In this document: positions 50,938-61,505 of the stretch, in pieces
Numbering within the stretch: position 1 is the first letter of the stretch
Layout: each line of letters starts with the position of its first letter
Assembly (NCBI GenBank): GCA_965249555.1
Contig: OZ252243.1
Span: 1,760,001 to 1,824,000, forward strand
DNA: 64,000 bases
From: Nitrosopumilus sp.
GTDB taxonomy: Archaea; Thermoproteota; Nitrososphaeria; Nitrososphaerales; Nitrosopumilaceae
Direction of reading: 5' to 3'
Notes under the pieces: model-generated
Databases searched by the model: none
What the model was told of the DNA's origin: nothing
What the model saw: the letters and a program-made list of their open reading frames with translations, nothing else
Translations under genes and position numbers: made by a program

Positions 50938-51414
50938 TTAATCGTAAATCGTTTTTCCAGATTCCCAAAATTTATCTGAAATATAATGCAAATTTTCCAC
51001 CACTTCCCCTTTTTCCATATTTTCCAACTCTGAGCTAGAAATCATTGCCTTTCCAACTGCTAAAAACTTGTGTTGAGATTCCTCGACAATGCAAACAATC
51101 TCGTCTTTCTCAAACTCTGTAAATTTTTTAATTCCTGGTCTCATGACATTTGCTCCTTTACACATGAATTTCACAGCCCCCATATCCACCATAACATTTG
51201 GAAATTTTTTAAGAGTATCAGTTTCTGATAAAAATGGTAAATAATCATCATTAATTTTTAAAATCTTTATTCCTTTTCCTGTGATGATTTGTGCCTCATC
51301 TGAAATTTGATGAACTTTGAGATTTTTTAATTTAGGACATTCAATTTCCCATCTCTCTGAAACTGTTTTTAGCAGTGCTGATGTTTCACTTTTTGAAATT
51401 AGATTGGATTTCAA
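50938..51414 (-). CDS. PUA-domain RNA-binding protein (MCT-1/Tma20-like)
   Basis: VDMGAVKFMCKGANVMRPGI, LHYISDKFW. Confidence 0.88.
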   Translation of the reverse strand: MKSNLISKSETSALLKTVSERWEIECPKLKNLKVHQISDEAQIITGKGIKILKINDDYLPFLSETDTLKKFPNVMVDMGAVKFMCKGANVMRPGIKKFTEFEKDEIVCIVEESQHKFLAVGKAMISSSELENMEKGEVVENLHYISDKFWESGKTIYD

Positions 51415-52421
51415 GTTTTTGCAATCTCTTGTCTGATGTCTAACAAATCTCTTAGAATGGAACTGGCAGTTTCTGTTCCACCAGCTCCTTTTCCAATAAT
51501 TGTTTGTGTACCTGAATGCTCTGAAGTAAAAGCAATTGCATTCAGTGTTCCATTAACACATAATGGATCATCATTTGAGACTTCTTTTGGTCCTACGATT
51601 AGTTCTTTGTTACATGATGCAATTAGTTTTACAGCACAATTGTTTTTGGCTGCTTTTTTAATGTCTTCTGTTGTAACCTTTCGAATTCCTGTACAATTGA
51701 TATCCGGCATTGTAACCTTCATTCCCATTACCCAATTTGCAAGAATTACTAATTTGGCTGCAGCATCTAGTCCGTCTAAATCCAAAGATTCATCAGCTTC
51801 TACATACCCCTTACCTTTGGCATCTTTGAGTGATTCATCAAAAGATAATCCTGTAGTCATATTTGATAAAATGTAATTTGTTGTTCCATTTAGGATTCCT
51901 GCAAATGATGTTATTCTTTCACCACTTAGGCTATTTTTAGCATAATCTAGAATTGGAGTTCCTCCTCCCACAGTTCCGCTAAATTTTAACATAACTTGAT
52001 TGTATGTGGCAAGTTCCATAAGAGATGGGAATGCTAATGCCAGAGGACCTTTATTTACTGAAATTACATGCATACCTTTTTTCATGGCAGTTGTAATGTG
52101 TGTCATTCCCGGTTCTGCGTCTTTGTAGTTACTTGCAGTGGTTTCAATTAACACATCTGCCTCAATATTTTTTATCATATCAACACCTGACATTGTATTT
52201 TTTGTGTTTGCATAATTTTTTACTGTTCCAGACTTTTGCTTTACTTCAACAAGCTTTCTAAATTCCAATCCTGATGGATCTACAGCACTGCCTTTACTAT
52301 CGAAGACTCCAACTATTCTCGGTTTTAGTCCATATTTTGCATAGAGATCCTCTGTTCTTGAATCAAATAATTTGACTAGACTTTGACCTACAACTCCAAA
52401 TCCACATAATATTATTCTCAA
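51411..52421 (-). CDS. hom: Homoserine dehydrogenase
   Basis: GFGVVG, NKGPLA, TVGGGTP, GILNGTTNYIL, GYVEAD, DAAAK, GAGGTETAS. Confidence 0.94.
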   Translation of the reverse strand: MRIILCGFGVVGQSLVKLFDSRTEDLYAKYGLKPRIVGVFDSKGSAVDPSGLEFRKLVEVKQKSGTVKNYANTKNTMSGVDMIKNIEADVLIETTASNYKDAEPGMTHITTAMKKGMHVISVNKGPLALAFPSLMELATYNQVMLKFSGTVGGGTPILDYAKNSLSGERITSFAGILNGTTNYILSNMTTGLSFDESLKDAKGKGYVEADESLDLDGLDAAAKLVILANWVMGMKVTMPDINCTGIRKVTTEDIKKAAKNNCAVKLIASCNKELIVGPKEVSNDDPLCVNGTLNAIAFTSEHSGTQTIIGKGAGGTETASSILRDLLDIRQEIAKT

Positions 52422-52516
52422 ACCCCTTCATTCCTTTTTGATGTATAGTTACAGTTCATTTCATTACACTTTTGATTTTAATATAATTAATTGTGTATAA
52501 TACTTAAAACAATTTA

Positions 52517-52900
52517 CTAGTTATTTCTGTGATTTTGGAAACATTCTCTACAATATACTGGTCTGTCGTCTTTTGGCTTGAATGGTATCTGACAATCATT
52601 TCCACAATCGCCACATTTTGCGTCAAACATTTCTCGTGGTCTGTCATCTCGTCTGCCATAGCTGCCACCACCAGATCTTCCACCATAGCTGCCACCACCA
52701 GATCTTCCACCATAGCTGCCACCACCAGATCTTCCACCATAGCTGCCACCACCAGATCTTCTTGGTGCTGGTTTATGATTTTGGAAACATTCTCTACAAT
52801 ATACTGGTCTGTCGTCTTTTGGCTTGAATGGTATCTGACAATCATTTCCACAATCGCCACATTTTGCGTCAAACATTTCTCTATCTCTATCAAATGGCAT
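52517..52900 (-). CDS. Double CxxC-x17-CxxC domain protein with RSGGGSYGG linker
   Basis: Two copies of REMFDAKCGDCGNDCQIPFKPKDDRPVYCRECFQNH around four Gly-rich repeats. Confidence 0.88.
   Translation of the reverse strand: MPFDRDREMFDAKCGDCGNDCQIPFKPKDDRPVYCRECFQNHKPAPRRSGGGSYGGRSGGGSYGGRSGGGSYGGRSGGGSYGRRDDRPREMFDAKCGDCGNDCQIPFKPKDDRPVYCRECFQNHRNN
52530..52881. repeat. Identical 106-bp direct repeats enclosing four 27-bp tandem repeats
   Basis: 52530-52635 equals 52776-52881; unit CCATAGCTGCCACCACCAGATCTTCCA repeated about 4 times between them. Confidence 0.92.
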
Positions 52901-53088
52901 GTCTTTCTAAAAAGTGGTAAAATCGGGTTGTACTTAAACTATTGTAAAATTGATTCTCCCATACGAAATCATCTCCAACCCTACTGAGGACACCTCCTAG
53001 CGTGCTTTGCTGAATCAGGACATCTCAGATATGCCTTGCATCTTATACTTTCGTTGTGTCATTTCATGATTTTGTGTACGATACACTT

Positions 53089-54057
53089 TCAGAATTTGTT
53101 AGCATGTACCCGGATTATTACAAGCATCCGGTCTTGCAGCTGCCACCTTTGTTTTCTTCTCTTTGCAATTCTGAAATAGAATGATTCCATTCTTTCATCA
53201 AATCGTACTGTAGTATTTGCAGCCTCTACCATTGCGTTACGTAACCATGCAGAACCCCTCTTTGTTATTCCGCCTCCCCTGTGCACATCTGCACTATCCC
53301 TGTGCGATGGTGCAAGTCCTGCATATGAGACTAGTTTTTCTGCTGTTGCAAATCTGCTGATGTCAACTATCTCTGAAATTATTGTCAATGCCGTGACATA
53401 GTTTATTCCAGGAATGGTCATTAGTAGTCTTGTTTTCTCATCCTCATTACTGCAATCTTTATCTCAATTGTGTTGATCTGTTTTTGCGTCATATCTATGG
53501 TATCAAGATATGCATCCATTGCCATTCTATCAGATTAATTTCATGCAACCATCGTACTCCTTTCTGCGAGAATGTCTTTGTTGTAGGCTGGGTGTAATCA
53601 TATTTTGCAAGTATTGCATAAATCATGTTTTTGTGTCTTGAGACACTTCGCACGCGATTCAGTCTGGTTCTTACCAGACTGTATAGTCTCTATAGTATTT
53701 TTCTGGTACGAATGAGCTGTACACCATGTCTGCTCTTAGCAAGTCTGCCAATACGTCTGAATCAAGTTTGTCGTTTTTTAGCTTTGCCTGTGCAATTATC
53801 TTGGTCTTTGCAGGATGTGCAAGAATTGTATCAATTCCATGGTCCTCTAGTGTGTCATGTAGTCTGATCCAATAGTTTGCAGTTGACTCGCATACTGCCT
53901 GTATGTCATTGCCATATGTCTTTTTGACGTGTTTGATAAAACCCATTATTCCATTTGTGGTATTATCAAAGCTTGTCTGCTCTAGCTTCTCTCTGGATTC
54001 CCGTTTTATTGTTGCAACACATTTCTTCTTGTGAACATCAATTCCTATGCTGATCAT
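53089..54057 (-). pseudogene. IS110 recombinase pseudogene
   Basis: GIDVHK, VCEST, KNDKLD and RDSA intact, but the same frameshifts as copy 1. Confidence 0.9.
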
Positions 54058-54087
54058 ATTATCACCTCCTTTTTGATCAAATTGCCT

Positions 54088-54243
54088 GATCTAGCGGAAT
54101 GCTCCCATTCACCATCTATGTGGTATTTTGTTTTCCGCTCACTTTGAGTTAGTCTGTTGGACGCCCTTATACATGGCAGTAACCATTCAACTCTCAGGCC
54201 CAACAGTAGGTATACATCACAAGATATGAAAAAGATTTCGTAT
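54088..54243 (-). ncRNA. Predicted IS110 bridge RNA (copy 2, different target guides)
   Basis: Same scaffold as copy 1, with substitutions concentrated in the target-loop strands (54154-54161, 54178-54185). Ends approximate. Confidence 0.7.
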
Positions 54244-54324
54244 AACGTCTGTCAAGTTGACAATGCTTTGTTTCACAATTTTCCCCTGTAGTGCCGAGAC
54301 TTGGAAAATATCTTAGCAATATGA

Positions 54325-55197
54325 TTATGTATTATCTAACTCCTCATTCCCTAACATAACTAAAGAGTGATTATTTGATTGTAGTAGGAGTAATTCTCCT
54401 GTCATTTCAGGCTTGTTACAGTATAATTTCTTATAATAATCTGCATATTTTTCATGTAAATCATAAATTTTATCTTCCAGTACCTCATCATGATCAAACA
54501 AAGCAATATGGTTTTTTACGAGGAAATTACGGTGCATTGGATACCCATGTGATAAGAATTTTTCAGTAAATGTTTTTATCATTTTATCTTTATTTTCTAT
54601 TTTTTTCTCTGTAAGTATTTCATCTAAATATTGTTTACATGATTTTTCTGATGCTCTATATGCACCTATTAACAATGCAGGTATTTTATCTGTTAAATTT
54701 AATTTTACTAAAGGATCCTGAACCCCTTCTATGAAACTTATAGATTCTTTAATAGAATGTGCAGGTACAAATGAATTTGTTTGTGGATCTCTAACCTGAG
54801 GATCAAGAGGTCCTAATTCACCAGCCTTACAAACAATTAATTCATCAGCACCAAGAGCAATCAATGTTGCAGCACTCTTAGCATAGAAAGGCACTATTAC
54901 AGTAATTTTATCTGCATAACTTTTAAACAAATTTAGAATTTTATATGCTGAATTAATGTCTCCACCACATGATTCTAAAAGAATATCCAAATGATCCAAG
55001 TGTTTGAGTTTACGTAGTATTTTGTTTAATGATACGCTAGTTTGAAAACTGATGGATTGGTGACATATGACAACTAAAACTTTTGATTTGCGTATTTCTT
55101 CTATTTCTTTGATAAGTGTTTTAGTTTCATCTAATGTACAACCGTTTGAGTCTTGGTTTTGTGATGGTTTTTGTTCAGGATTTTTTGAGTCGCTCAA
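54325..55197 (-). CDS. SDH-family ClpP-fold serine proteinase
   Basis: LES.GG, VPFYAKSAATLIALGADE, LGPLDPQ, SHGYP (Ser-Asp-His). Confidence 0.85.
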   Translation of the reverse strand: MSDSKNPEQKPSQNQDSNGCTLDETKTLIKEIEEIRKSKVLVVICHQSISFQTSVSLNKILRKLKHLDHLDILLESCGGDINSAYKILNLFKSYADKITVIVPFYAKSAATLIALGADELIVCKAGELGPLDPQVRDPQTNSFVPAHSIKESISFIEGVQDPLVKLNLTDKIPALLIGAYRASEKSCKQYLDEILTEKKIENKDKMIKTFTEKFLSHGYPMHRNFLVKNHIALFDHDEVLEDKIYDLHEKYADYYKKLYCNKPEMTGELLLLQSNNHSLVMLGNEELDNT

Positions 55198-55381
55198 TTT
55201 CTTCTACTAATGATGAGAATCCTTCACCTTGTAAATCTTTCAGTATTCCTTCTTTATCATTAAATTTCCTAATCGGTCTTACCCTTGTTCTAAGTTTTTT
55301 ATATTCTAAATATTCTTTCAATGCTTTCTGTTCTTTATGAGTTAGAGAAATAGATTTGATGATGCCTGTTGAGTTACTCAT
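55175..55381 (-). CDS. Small basic hypothetical protein overlapping the SDH protease start
   Basis: 68-aa ORF with ATG start, co-oriented and overlapping. Confidence 0.5.
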   Translation of the reverse strand: MSNSTGIIKSISLTHKEQKALKEYLEYKKLRTRVRPIRKFNDKEGILKDLQGEGFSSLVEEIERLKKS

Positions 55382-55755
55382 ATTTTGACTTCACCCATTT
55401 CTCTAAAATTCCAAGTATAAAAATCAATTAACCATGTATTATAATTAATTACAGTAAGTTGATCCATATCTGAGATAGTCATGATTGGTATAAAAAAATT
55501 ACGATGAGATAAAGCATTGATCTCAAAATCCATTAATTTTTGAATTCAGATAAGACATGGATTTTATGTATTCTATAACCCAACAGGCATAAAATTCAAT
55601 TCAGATAAGATCTGTATTTCTGTATCCCGATAACTTCACAGTATCGTAAAATTAGCCTTTGAATCAAATTACTGTATCTTCATCAATCATCTCTAATTTT
55701 TTAGTATCTATAAAAACAGGATAAAGTTTTATGATGTATTATACTAAAGCAGTTT

Positions 55756-56085
55756 ATGATAAAAATCGAGGCTATTGTTAGAAATTCAGTTTTACATGAA
55801 ATTCAAGATGAACTAGCTGAAATAAGAATTCCAACTTTTTCAGCATATCAAGTCCAAATTACGGGACTTCATAGAGGTCATGGGGGATTGAAAAGTAAGT
55901 CCAGTGATTTTATCCCTAAAACGAAAATAGAAATTCTTTGTGCAGATAAGGATGAAGAAAAAATTCTTGACACTATACAAAAAGCTGCAAGTACAGGAGA
56001 AAAAGGAGATGGTGTGATGTTTACCTATAATGTTGATAAAATAATAAAGATAAAAGACAAGCAGACAGGCGATAACGCACTATAG
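55756..56085 (+). CDS. P-II family signal protein (non-canonical T-loop)
   Basis: KIEAIVR, PKTKIEI, TGEKGDG B-loop, IKIK...GDNAL; T-loop lacks the usual Tyr. Confidence 0.85.
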   Translation: MIKIEAIVRNSVLHEIQDELAEIRIPTFSAYQVQITGLHRGHGGLKSKSSDFIPKTKIEILCADKDEEKILDTIQKAASTGEKGDGVMFTYNVDKIIKIKDKQTGDNAL

Positions 56086-56119
56086 CAAAGTTTCTAAAAT
56101 AATTTTTTCAATAACATGA

Positions 56120-56524
56120 TTAGACATCATTGTCTTTTTCGTGATGCAATGAAATCGAGTTGATACAATATCTAGAGTTTGTAGGCTTTGGTCCGTCATC
56201 AAATACATGACCTAAATGTGCTCCACATTTCTTACAGTTAACTTCTGTGCGAACCATTCCATGTTCTGTGTCAGAAATGTATTCAATTTTATCTTCTGAG
56301 ATTGGCTTCCAAAAACTTGGCCAACCTGAACCTGAATCGAACTTTGTATCTGATGAAAAAAGTTCTTCCCCACAACATACACACTTGTAATCTCCTTCAA
56401 ATTTACTGTAATTGTATTTTCCAGAAAATGGTGGTTCTGTTCCATGATTGATACAGATCTCATATTGATCCGGATTTAGCTGCGCTTTCCATTCTTCAGG
56501 TGTTTTAATAATTTTTTCTGTCAT
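56120..56524 (-). CDS. msrB: Peptide-methionine (R)-S-oxide reductase
   Basis: [33 protein letters not shown]. Confidence 0.96.
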   Translation of the reverse strand: MTEKIIKTPEEWKAQLNPDQYEICINHGTEPPFSGKYNYSKFEGDYKCVCCGEELFSSDTKFDSGSGWPSFWKPISEDKIEYISDTEHGMVRTEVNCKKCGAHLGHVFDDGPKPTNSRYCINSISLHHEKDNDV

Positions 56525-56560
56525 AATCTATTCAATTTCTTTTGATATTAGAATATTCTT

Positions 56561-58201
56561 CTATTTTTTTGACTTCTTTCTTTTGGCTTCTATTCTCTTT
56601 TCTGATTCGAATCTCTCTAAATCATATTCCTTCAAATCCACAAATTTCATAATTTTACTCAAATTAGGATGTACTTTGTTTATTTGTTTGAACATTTGTT
56701 GTGCAACCTGTCTGTAATCTGTATGTCCTTGTGGAATTGTTCTTAATTCAATTAGATGACAAGCTTCCCTAAGATTGAATTTCATAAAATATGGATAGTT
56801 GTATGCAAAATTTACAACATATTGTCCTTGTTCTGGATATTTTTTTCTAATCTTTTCAAATGTTTCTTTGGTTTTATTCATGGAATCCTTAAAGTCTTTT
56901 TCAATTCCAAGAATCTTGATTTCATTTGGAATATTATATCCATGATCCGTTGTCAAAAGTTGTCTTTCTAGAGTTAAAGCTCTATGTCTATGAAGGTCTC
57001 TGAACATTCCAAAGTTATTACACAAATCAAACGTATAGTAGATGTTTTCAAATGCCCTTGATGGCCTATGACGTCTATTTGTTCGAAGTTTTACAAATTC
57101 ACCGATTATTTTGGTTTTCTTTTCTTTTGAAAATTTTCTTACTTGCTGTAAAATATTTTGATATGATGTACTTGGTGACTGTTCATACAATATACTTGTG
57201 ATAATTTTATCCATTGCAGTTTTTTCTGATTCATAATCAACAAGATTTGTTATTACCCCCTTGGTTGATTTTGATTTAATTTCTTTTAGTGTAATTGATT
57301 TTGATTTATTTTTAATATCCTTAAGATACTTTTGAAATGCTTTACCATATTTGTCATCTGCTCGTCTAACAAATGATTTGATGGTTGTATCGAGTTCTTT
57401 TTTGATTTTTGAGGCTAAATCTTGCTCTTCTCTTAGTTCAGATGAGCTTAAAATTGTTAGAAGATATTCAAATGCACGGCCATTACCTGTGATTCCAACA
57501 TTTGTCAAAGTTGATGCAGGTAATAATCCTCTAAGAATATCAAGTGCTTTAGCTTTTGTTGAACCTTTGTAAATCATATTGGCAGATTTTACATCGCCTT
57601 CATTTTTTAATTTAGAAAATAGTTTTTCTTTCCCATCTGCTGAATCTTTAAAACTATATTTTTCTATAGGATATTTTTCTCTGACATAGTTTACCATTGG
57701 TTCTATGTTTTTTGAATAAATATCAAATGAAAAATTACAAGTCTCTTCATACATATCTGCAAACCTTGATTTTCTAATTTCAGGATCTCTGTAAAATCTA
57801 TACTTTCCTTTTTCTTTTTTATTCCATACCACATATCTTGAAGATTTTTCTAAATAAGATAAACCAATTCTTCTGTCCTCAATTTTTTTTACCGCAATGT
57901 TTGACAAACCTTCAATTGCAATTTGTGCTTCACCTAACTCTGCAACTGAATCATCACCGTATTCTAAAAGAACTCTGTTGTAAAATTCCTCACCTCTGTT
58001 TTTATTTTTTAAAAACTCATCAAGAAAAATTCTTCTCATACTTTTATTGGTTCTACTATATCTTGACATCAGTGCTCCACGATCAACTTGTTTAGGAGTA
58101 ATTATTGCAAATACATTGTTGCCAGTATTTGAAAAGTGGTCTGATAGAATCTTTTTTTCTTTAATTGAAAACTCTGACAACACCAGTGTGCAGTTTTTCA
58201 A
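56561..58201 (-). CDS. thyX: FAD-dependent thymidylate synthase (tandem ThyX domains)
   Basis: [39 protein letters not shown]; start may be TTG at about 58180. Confidence 0.9.
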   Translation of the reverse strand: MKNCTLVLSEFSIKEKKILSDHFSNTGNNVFAIITPKQVDRGALMSRYSRTNKSMRRIFLDEFLKNKNRGEEFYNRVLLEYGDDSVAELGEAQIAIEGLSNIAVKKIEDRRIGLSYLEKSSRYVVWNKKEKGKYRFYRDPEIRKSRFADMYEETCNFSFDIYSKNIEPMVNYVREKYPIEKYSFKDSADGKEKLFSKLKNEGDVKSANMIYKGSTKAKALDILRGLLPASTLTNVGITGNGRAFEYLLTILSSSELREEQDLASKIKKELDTTIKSFVRRADDKYGKAFQKYLKDIKNKSKSITLKEIKSKSTKGVITNLVDYESEKTAMDKIITSILYEQSPSTSYQNILQQVRKFSKEKKTKIIGEFVKLRTNRRHRPSRAFENIYYTFDLCNNFGMFRDLHRHRALTLERQLLTTDHGYNIPNEIKILGIEKDFKDSMNKTKETFEKIRKKYPEQGQYVVNFAYNYPYFMKFNLREACHLIELRTIPQGHTDYRQVAQQMFKQINKVHPNLSKIMKFVDLKEYDLERFESEKRIEAKRKKSKK

Positions 58202-58212
58202 TTATTAATAGT

Positions 58213-58506
58213 CTATTTCTTTTTTCCAATTTGAATGAGATCGGGACCTTTGTCTCTGTTTTTGTCATTTCCTTTGCCTTGCCATCTCATCAACACTTCT
58301 TTGAAACCTGCTGCATCAGCTTCATTTTCTGTATACATCAATGTTGTAATCCAATATCCCTTTTTTGCAGTTTTTCCACCAACAGAATTCATCCAAAAGT
58401 CATTTGGTAAATTCTCCAAATTTTTACTGTCAGGATCTTTTGCAAGTTCAACCCATCTGCTTGCGACAAAATTCAAAATTTGCTCAAGTTCTTCTCGCTG
58501 TATCAT
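58213..58506 (-). CDS. Hypothetical protein
   Basis: 97-aa ORF with ATG start, co-oriented upstream of thyX. Confidence 0.65.
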   Translation of the reverse strand: MIQREELEQILNFVASRWVELAKDPDSKNLENLPNDFWMNSVGGKTAKKGYWITTLMYTENEADAAGFKEVLMRWQGKGNDKNRDKGPDLIQIGKKK

Positions 58507-58639
58507 GTATGTGCTATTACGCCTCTAGATTTTAAAATTACTGAAAAGCGACCAATTCTGAGTTTGTGAAAATAATCTTACTAAAACTAATAACATTACT
58601 TACTCTTTATCGGTTATACAAATCCCATAACTATATCAC

Positions 58640-59530
58640 ATGACTAACGACGAAATCGATATTATCGGTAAAAACGTCAAAGACATGTACGGAACATTCA
58701 TGGGCAAAGTCGTAGGAACAATAACTGACATTGATGGTAGTATCCAATCCATTGGTATTGACTGCGGTTCACAAGGATTACAGCAAATCCAATATGAACA
58801 ATTAGTAGTTCAAAACGATGTTGTTATTTTCATACCAAAATGGAGACTTGACTCTCAAAGACTCATTCGTGAAAAACAACTAACTCTACGTCGTCTAAAG
58901 GCATTGATTGATATTGTTTCTGAAAATGATGACATGAAAGCAGATGCAGAAATCATTCATGAAAAATACAAGTCAAAACTTGCAACATTAGATGAAACAG
59001 AAAGAGAAATCAAAGCCAAACTTGATGAAAGATTAACTGAGTTAGAAGAACAAACAAAGTCTGCAAAGATGTTAATGTTTGATGCAAATGTACAATTCAA
59101 GAGCAATGAAATCTCTAATACAACATTTGATACCGTGAAATCATGCACAAATGAGGTAATTGAGCGTGTTACTCACGAAAAAGCAGAAATTGCAAATGTA
59201 AAGAGTAGAATTACAGATCTTGAATTAGAAGTGCAAGAAATATCTGCCCCTCCACAACAAAACATCCAAGAATCAGCCGTTTCATATCTGGAGACACCTG
59301 AATCACAACAAGTAATTCAGTCCATACTTCCAGAAGCACCAACAGAATCAATAGAAGCACCTTCAGAACCAATTAAAGTAGAGGCTCTACCAATACCAGA
59401 ATCTATTCCAGAACCCCCACACGAATCTGAAGTTGCACCAACATTTCCAGAACCACCCAAACAGGTGACACAAGAAACTCCAAAAGAAGATAACGATAAT
59501 GATTGGCTTGCTAGAATGGAAGTACAATAA
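58640..59530 (+). CDS. cdvA: Cell division protein CdvA
   Basis: N-terminal PRC-barrel-like IGKNVKDMYG..GKVV, central coiled coil (RRLKAL), Pro-rich tail. Confidence 0.85.
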   Translation: MTNDEIDIIGKNVKDMYGTFMGKVVGTITDIDGSIQSIGIDCGSQGLQQIQYEQLVVQNDVVIFIPKWRLDSQRLIREKQLTLRRLKALIDIVSENDDMKADAEIIHEKYKSKLATLDETEREIKAKLDERLTELEEQTKSAKMLMFDANVQFKSNEISNTTFDTVKSCTNEVIERVTHEKAEIANVKSRITDLELEVQEISAPPQQNIQESAVSYLETPESQQVIQSILPEAPTESIEAPSEPIKVEALPIPESIPEPPHESEVAPTFPEPPKQVTQETPKEDNDNDWLARMEVQ

Positions 59531-59581
59531 TTTTTTTTTATTTTTCTTTAACATTTAGAAAGAACCACATTCATACACTTT

Positions 59582-61504
59582 TTGATGTCTGAGACTTACA
59601 ATATTGGCCTTGGAAATAATGACTCTGAAATAAGAAAAAAAGCAAACTCTGATTTTGTATCTTTTTGGGATGAGCAGGCAAAGAACCTCTTTTGGTTTTC
59701 ATCTTGGAGAAAGACCTTGGATTGGCAGCCTCCATTTGCCAAATGGTTTGCTGGAGGCACAATTAACGCCTCATATAATGCCCTTGATGTGCATCATGAT
59801 ACGAAGGCTAACAAACCTGCTATATTGTGGGAAGGCGAAAATGGTGAATCCAGAACCATAACATACGGTGATTTGTTAATTCAAGTCAAAAAATTCTCAA
59901 ATGTTCTAAAGTCATTGGGTGTCAAAAAAGGAGACCGAGTTACTATCTATCTTCCAATGGTACCTGAATTACCAATTACCATGTTGGCATGTGCAAGAAT
60001 TGGTGCTATACATACAGTAGTATTTTCTGGCTTTAGTGCGGCATCAATTAGAGATAGAATTGATGATTCTAAATCCAAAATAATCATTACTGCTGATGGC
60101 GGATATAGAAGAGGAAAGATTGTTAAACTCAAAGAAGTAATTGATGAAGCAGTCAAAGACTTTGATTTTGTGGAGAATGTTGTAGTTCTTGAGAGAACAA
60201 AAAACGAAATTTCAATGACATCAAAAGATAAACTTTGGAATGATCTGATGAAAGATGCGTCTGATCATTGTGACGCAGAAAAATTAGATAGCACTCACCC
60301 TCTTTACATATTATACACATCAGGAACTACTGGAAAACCAAAAGGAGTTTTACACGGAACTGGTGGTTATCTGACACACTTGTATTCTACTTTCAAGTGG
60401 GCATTTGACATTAAAGACTCTGATGTATTTTTTTGTACTGCTGATATTGGTTGGGTAACTGGTCACAGTTATGTCGTTTACGCTCCATTGCTTCATGGTG
60501 CAACTGAGATAATGTATGAGGGTGCACCTGATTACCCTGATGTATCAAGAATGTGGGATATTTTACAAAAATATAAAGTTACAATTTTCTATACAACACC
60601 TACTGCTCTTAGAATGTTTATGAAATTTGGAGATGATATTCCAAACTCCTTTGATCTTTCTTCGCTTAGATTACTTGGAACAGTGGGTGAACCAATTAAT
60701 CCAGAAGTTTGGAGATGGTATTTCAAAATCATTGGAAAAGAAAATTGTCCAATTATTGATACTTGGTGGCAAACTGAAACTGGTGGTATGCTAATTTCTC
60801 CATTACCTGGATTAGAGACAATTCCACTAAAGCCTGGTTCAGGAACCCATCCAATTCCAGGCGTAACTATCTCTGTGGTTGATGAAAATGGGGCTGATGT
60901 ATCTCCAAATACAAAGGGATATCTTGTAATCAAGAATCCTTGGCCTGGCATGCTTTTGACATTATGGGGTGATGATGAAAAATACAAGGATGTGTACTGG
61001 TCAAAATATGAAAATTATTACTATTCAGGTGATTATGCACTAAAAGATGATGATGGATATCTTTGGTTACTTGGACGTGCAGACGATGTACTAAAAGTGG
61101 CAGGTCATAGAATTGGAACTGCAGAACTTGAAAGCTGCATTGTATCTCACAATCATGTTGCAGAGTCTGCAGTATGTGGAATCCCTGATGAGATTAAAGG
61201 TGAAGTAATTATTGCATTTGTCGTTCTTAAAGAAGGAGTAATAAAAAATTCTAATGATTTAGAAACAGAACTTTCAGAGAAAATACGTAAAGATATTGGT
61301 GCAATTGCAACACCTACACAAATCTATTTTGTTTCAAAACTTCCAAAGACACGTAGTGGAAAAATTATGCGAAGATTGCTAAAAGCAATTGCAAATAATG
61401 AAAAGATTGGTGATGTCAGTACTTTAGAAGATAGTACTGCTGTAACTGAAGTTCAAAGTGTGTTTGAAGAACTACAAAAATCAATTAAAGAAAAATCAAA
61501 ATAA
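59582..61504 (+). CDS. acs: Acetyl-CoA synthetase (AMP-forming)
   Basis: YTSGTTGKPKG, ADIGWVTGHSY, DTWWQTETGG, LPKTRSGKIMRR. Confidence 0.94.
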   Translation: MMSETYNIGLGNNDSEIRKKANSDFVSFWDEQAKNLFWFSSWRKTLDWQPPFAKWFAGGTINASYNALDVHHDTKANKPAILWEGENGESRTITYGDLLIQVKKFSNVLKSLGVKKGDRVTIYLPMVPELPITMLACARIGAIHTVVFSGFSAASIRDRIDDSKSKIIITADGGYRRGKIVKLKEVIDEAVKDFDFVENVVVLERTKNEISMTSKDKLWNDLMKDASDHCDAEKLDSTHPLYILYTSGTTGKPKGVLHGTGGYLTHLYSTFKWAFDIKDSDVFFCTADIGWVTGHSYVVYAPLLHGATEIMYEGAPDYPDVSRMWDILQKYKVTIFYTTPTALRMFMKFGDDIPNSFDLSSLRLLGTVGEPINPEVWRWYFKIIGKENCPIIDTWWQTETGGMLISPLPGLETIPLKPGSGTHPIPGVTISVVDENGADVSPNTKGYLVIKNPWPGMLLTLWGDDEKYKDVYWSKYENYYYSGDYALKDDDGYLWLLGRADDVLKVAGHRIGTAELESCIVSHNHVAESAVCGIPDEIKGEVIIAFVVLKEGVIKNSNDLETELSEKIRKDIGAIATPTQIYFVSKLPKTRSGKIMRRLLKAIANNEKIGDVSTLEDSTAVTEVQSVFEELQKSIKEKSK

Positions 61505-61505
61505 T

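Larger units (their letters stand above)
52956..54250 (-). mobile_element. IS110-family element, copy 2
   Basis: CT at 52956-57 and 54249-50; near-identical to copy 1 (3 bp longer). Confidence 0.93.

Noticed and set aside
52504-52987. Overlapping ORFs 52504..52893, 52529..52987 and 52582..52827
   Set aside because: Repeat-induced shadows of the CxxC-x17-CxxC gene.
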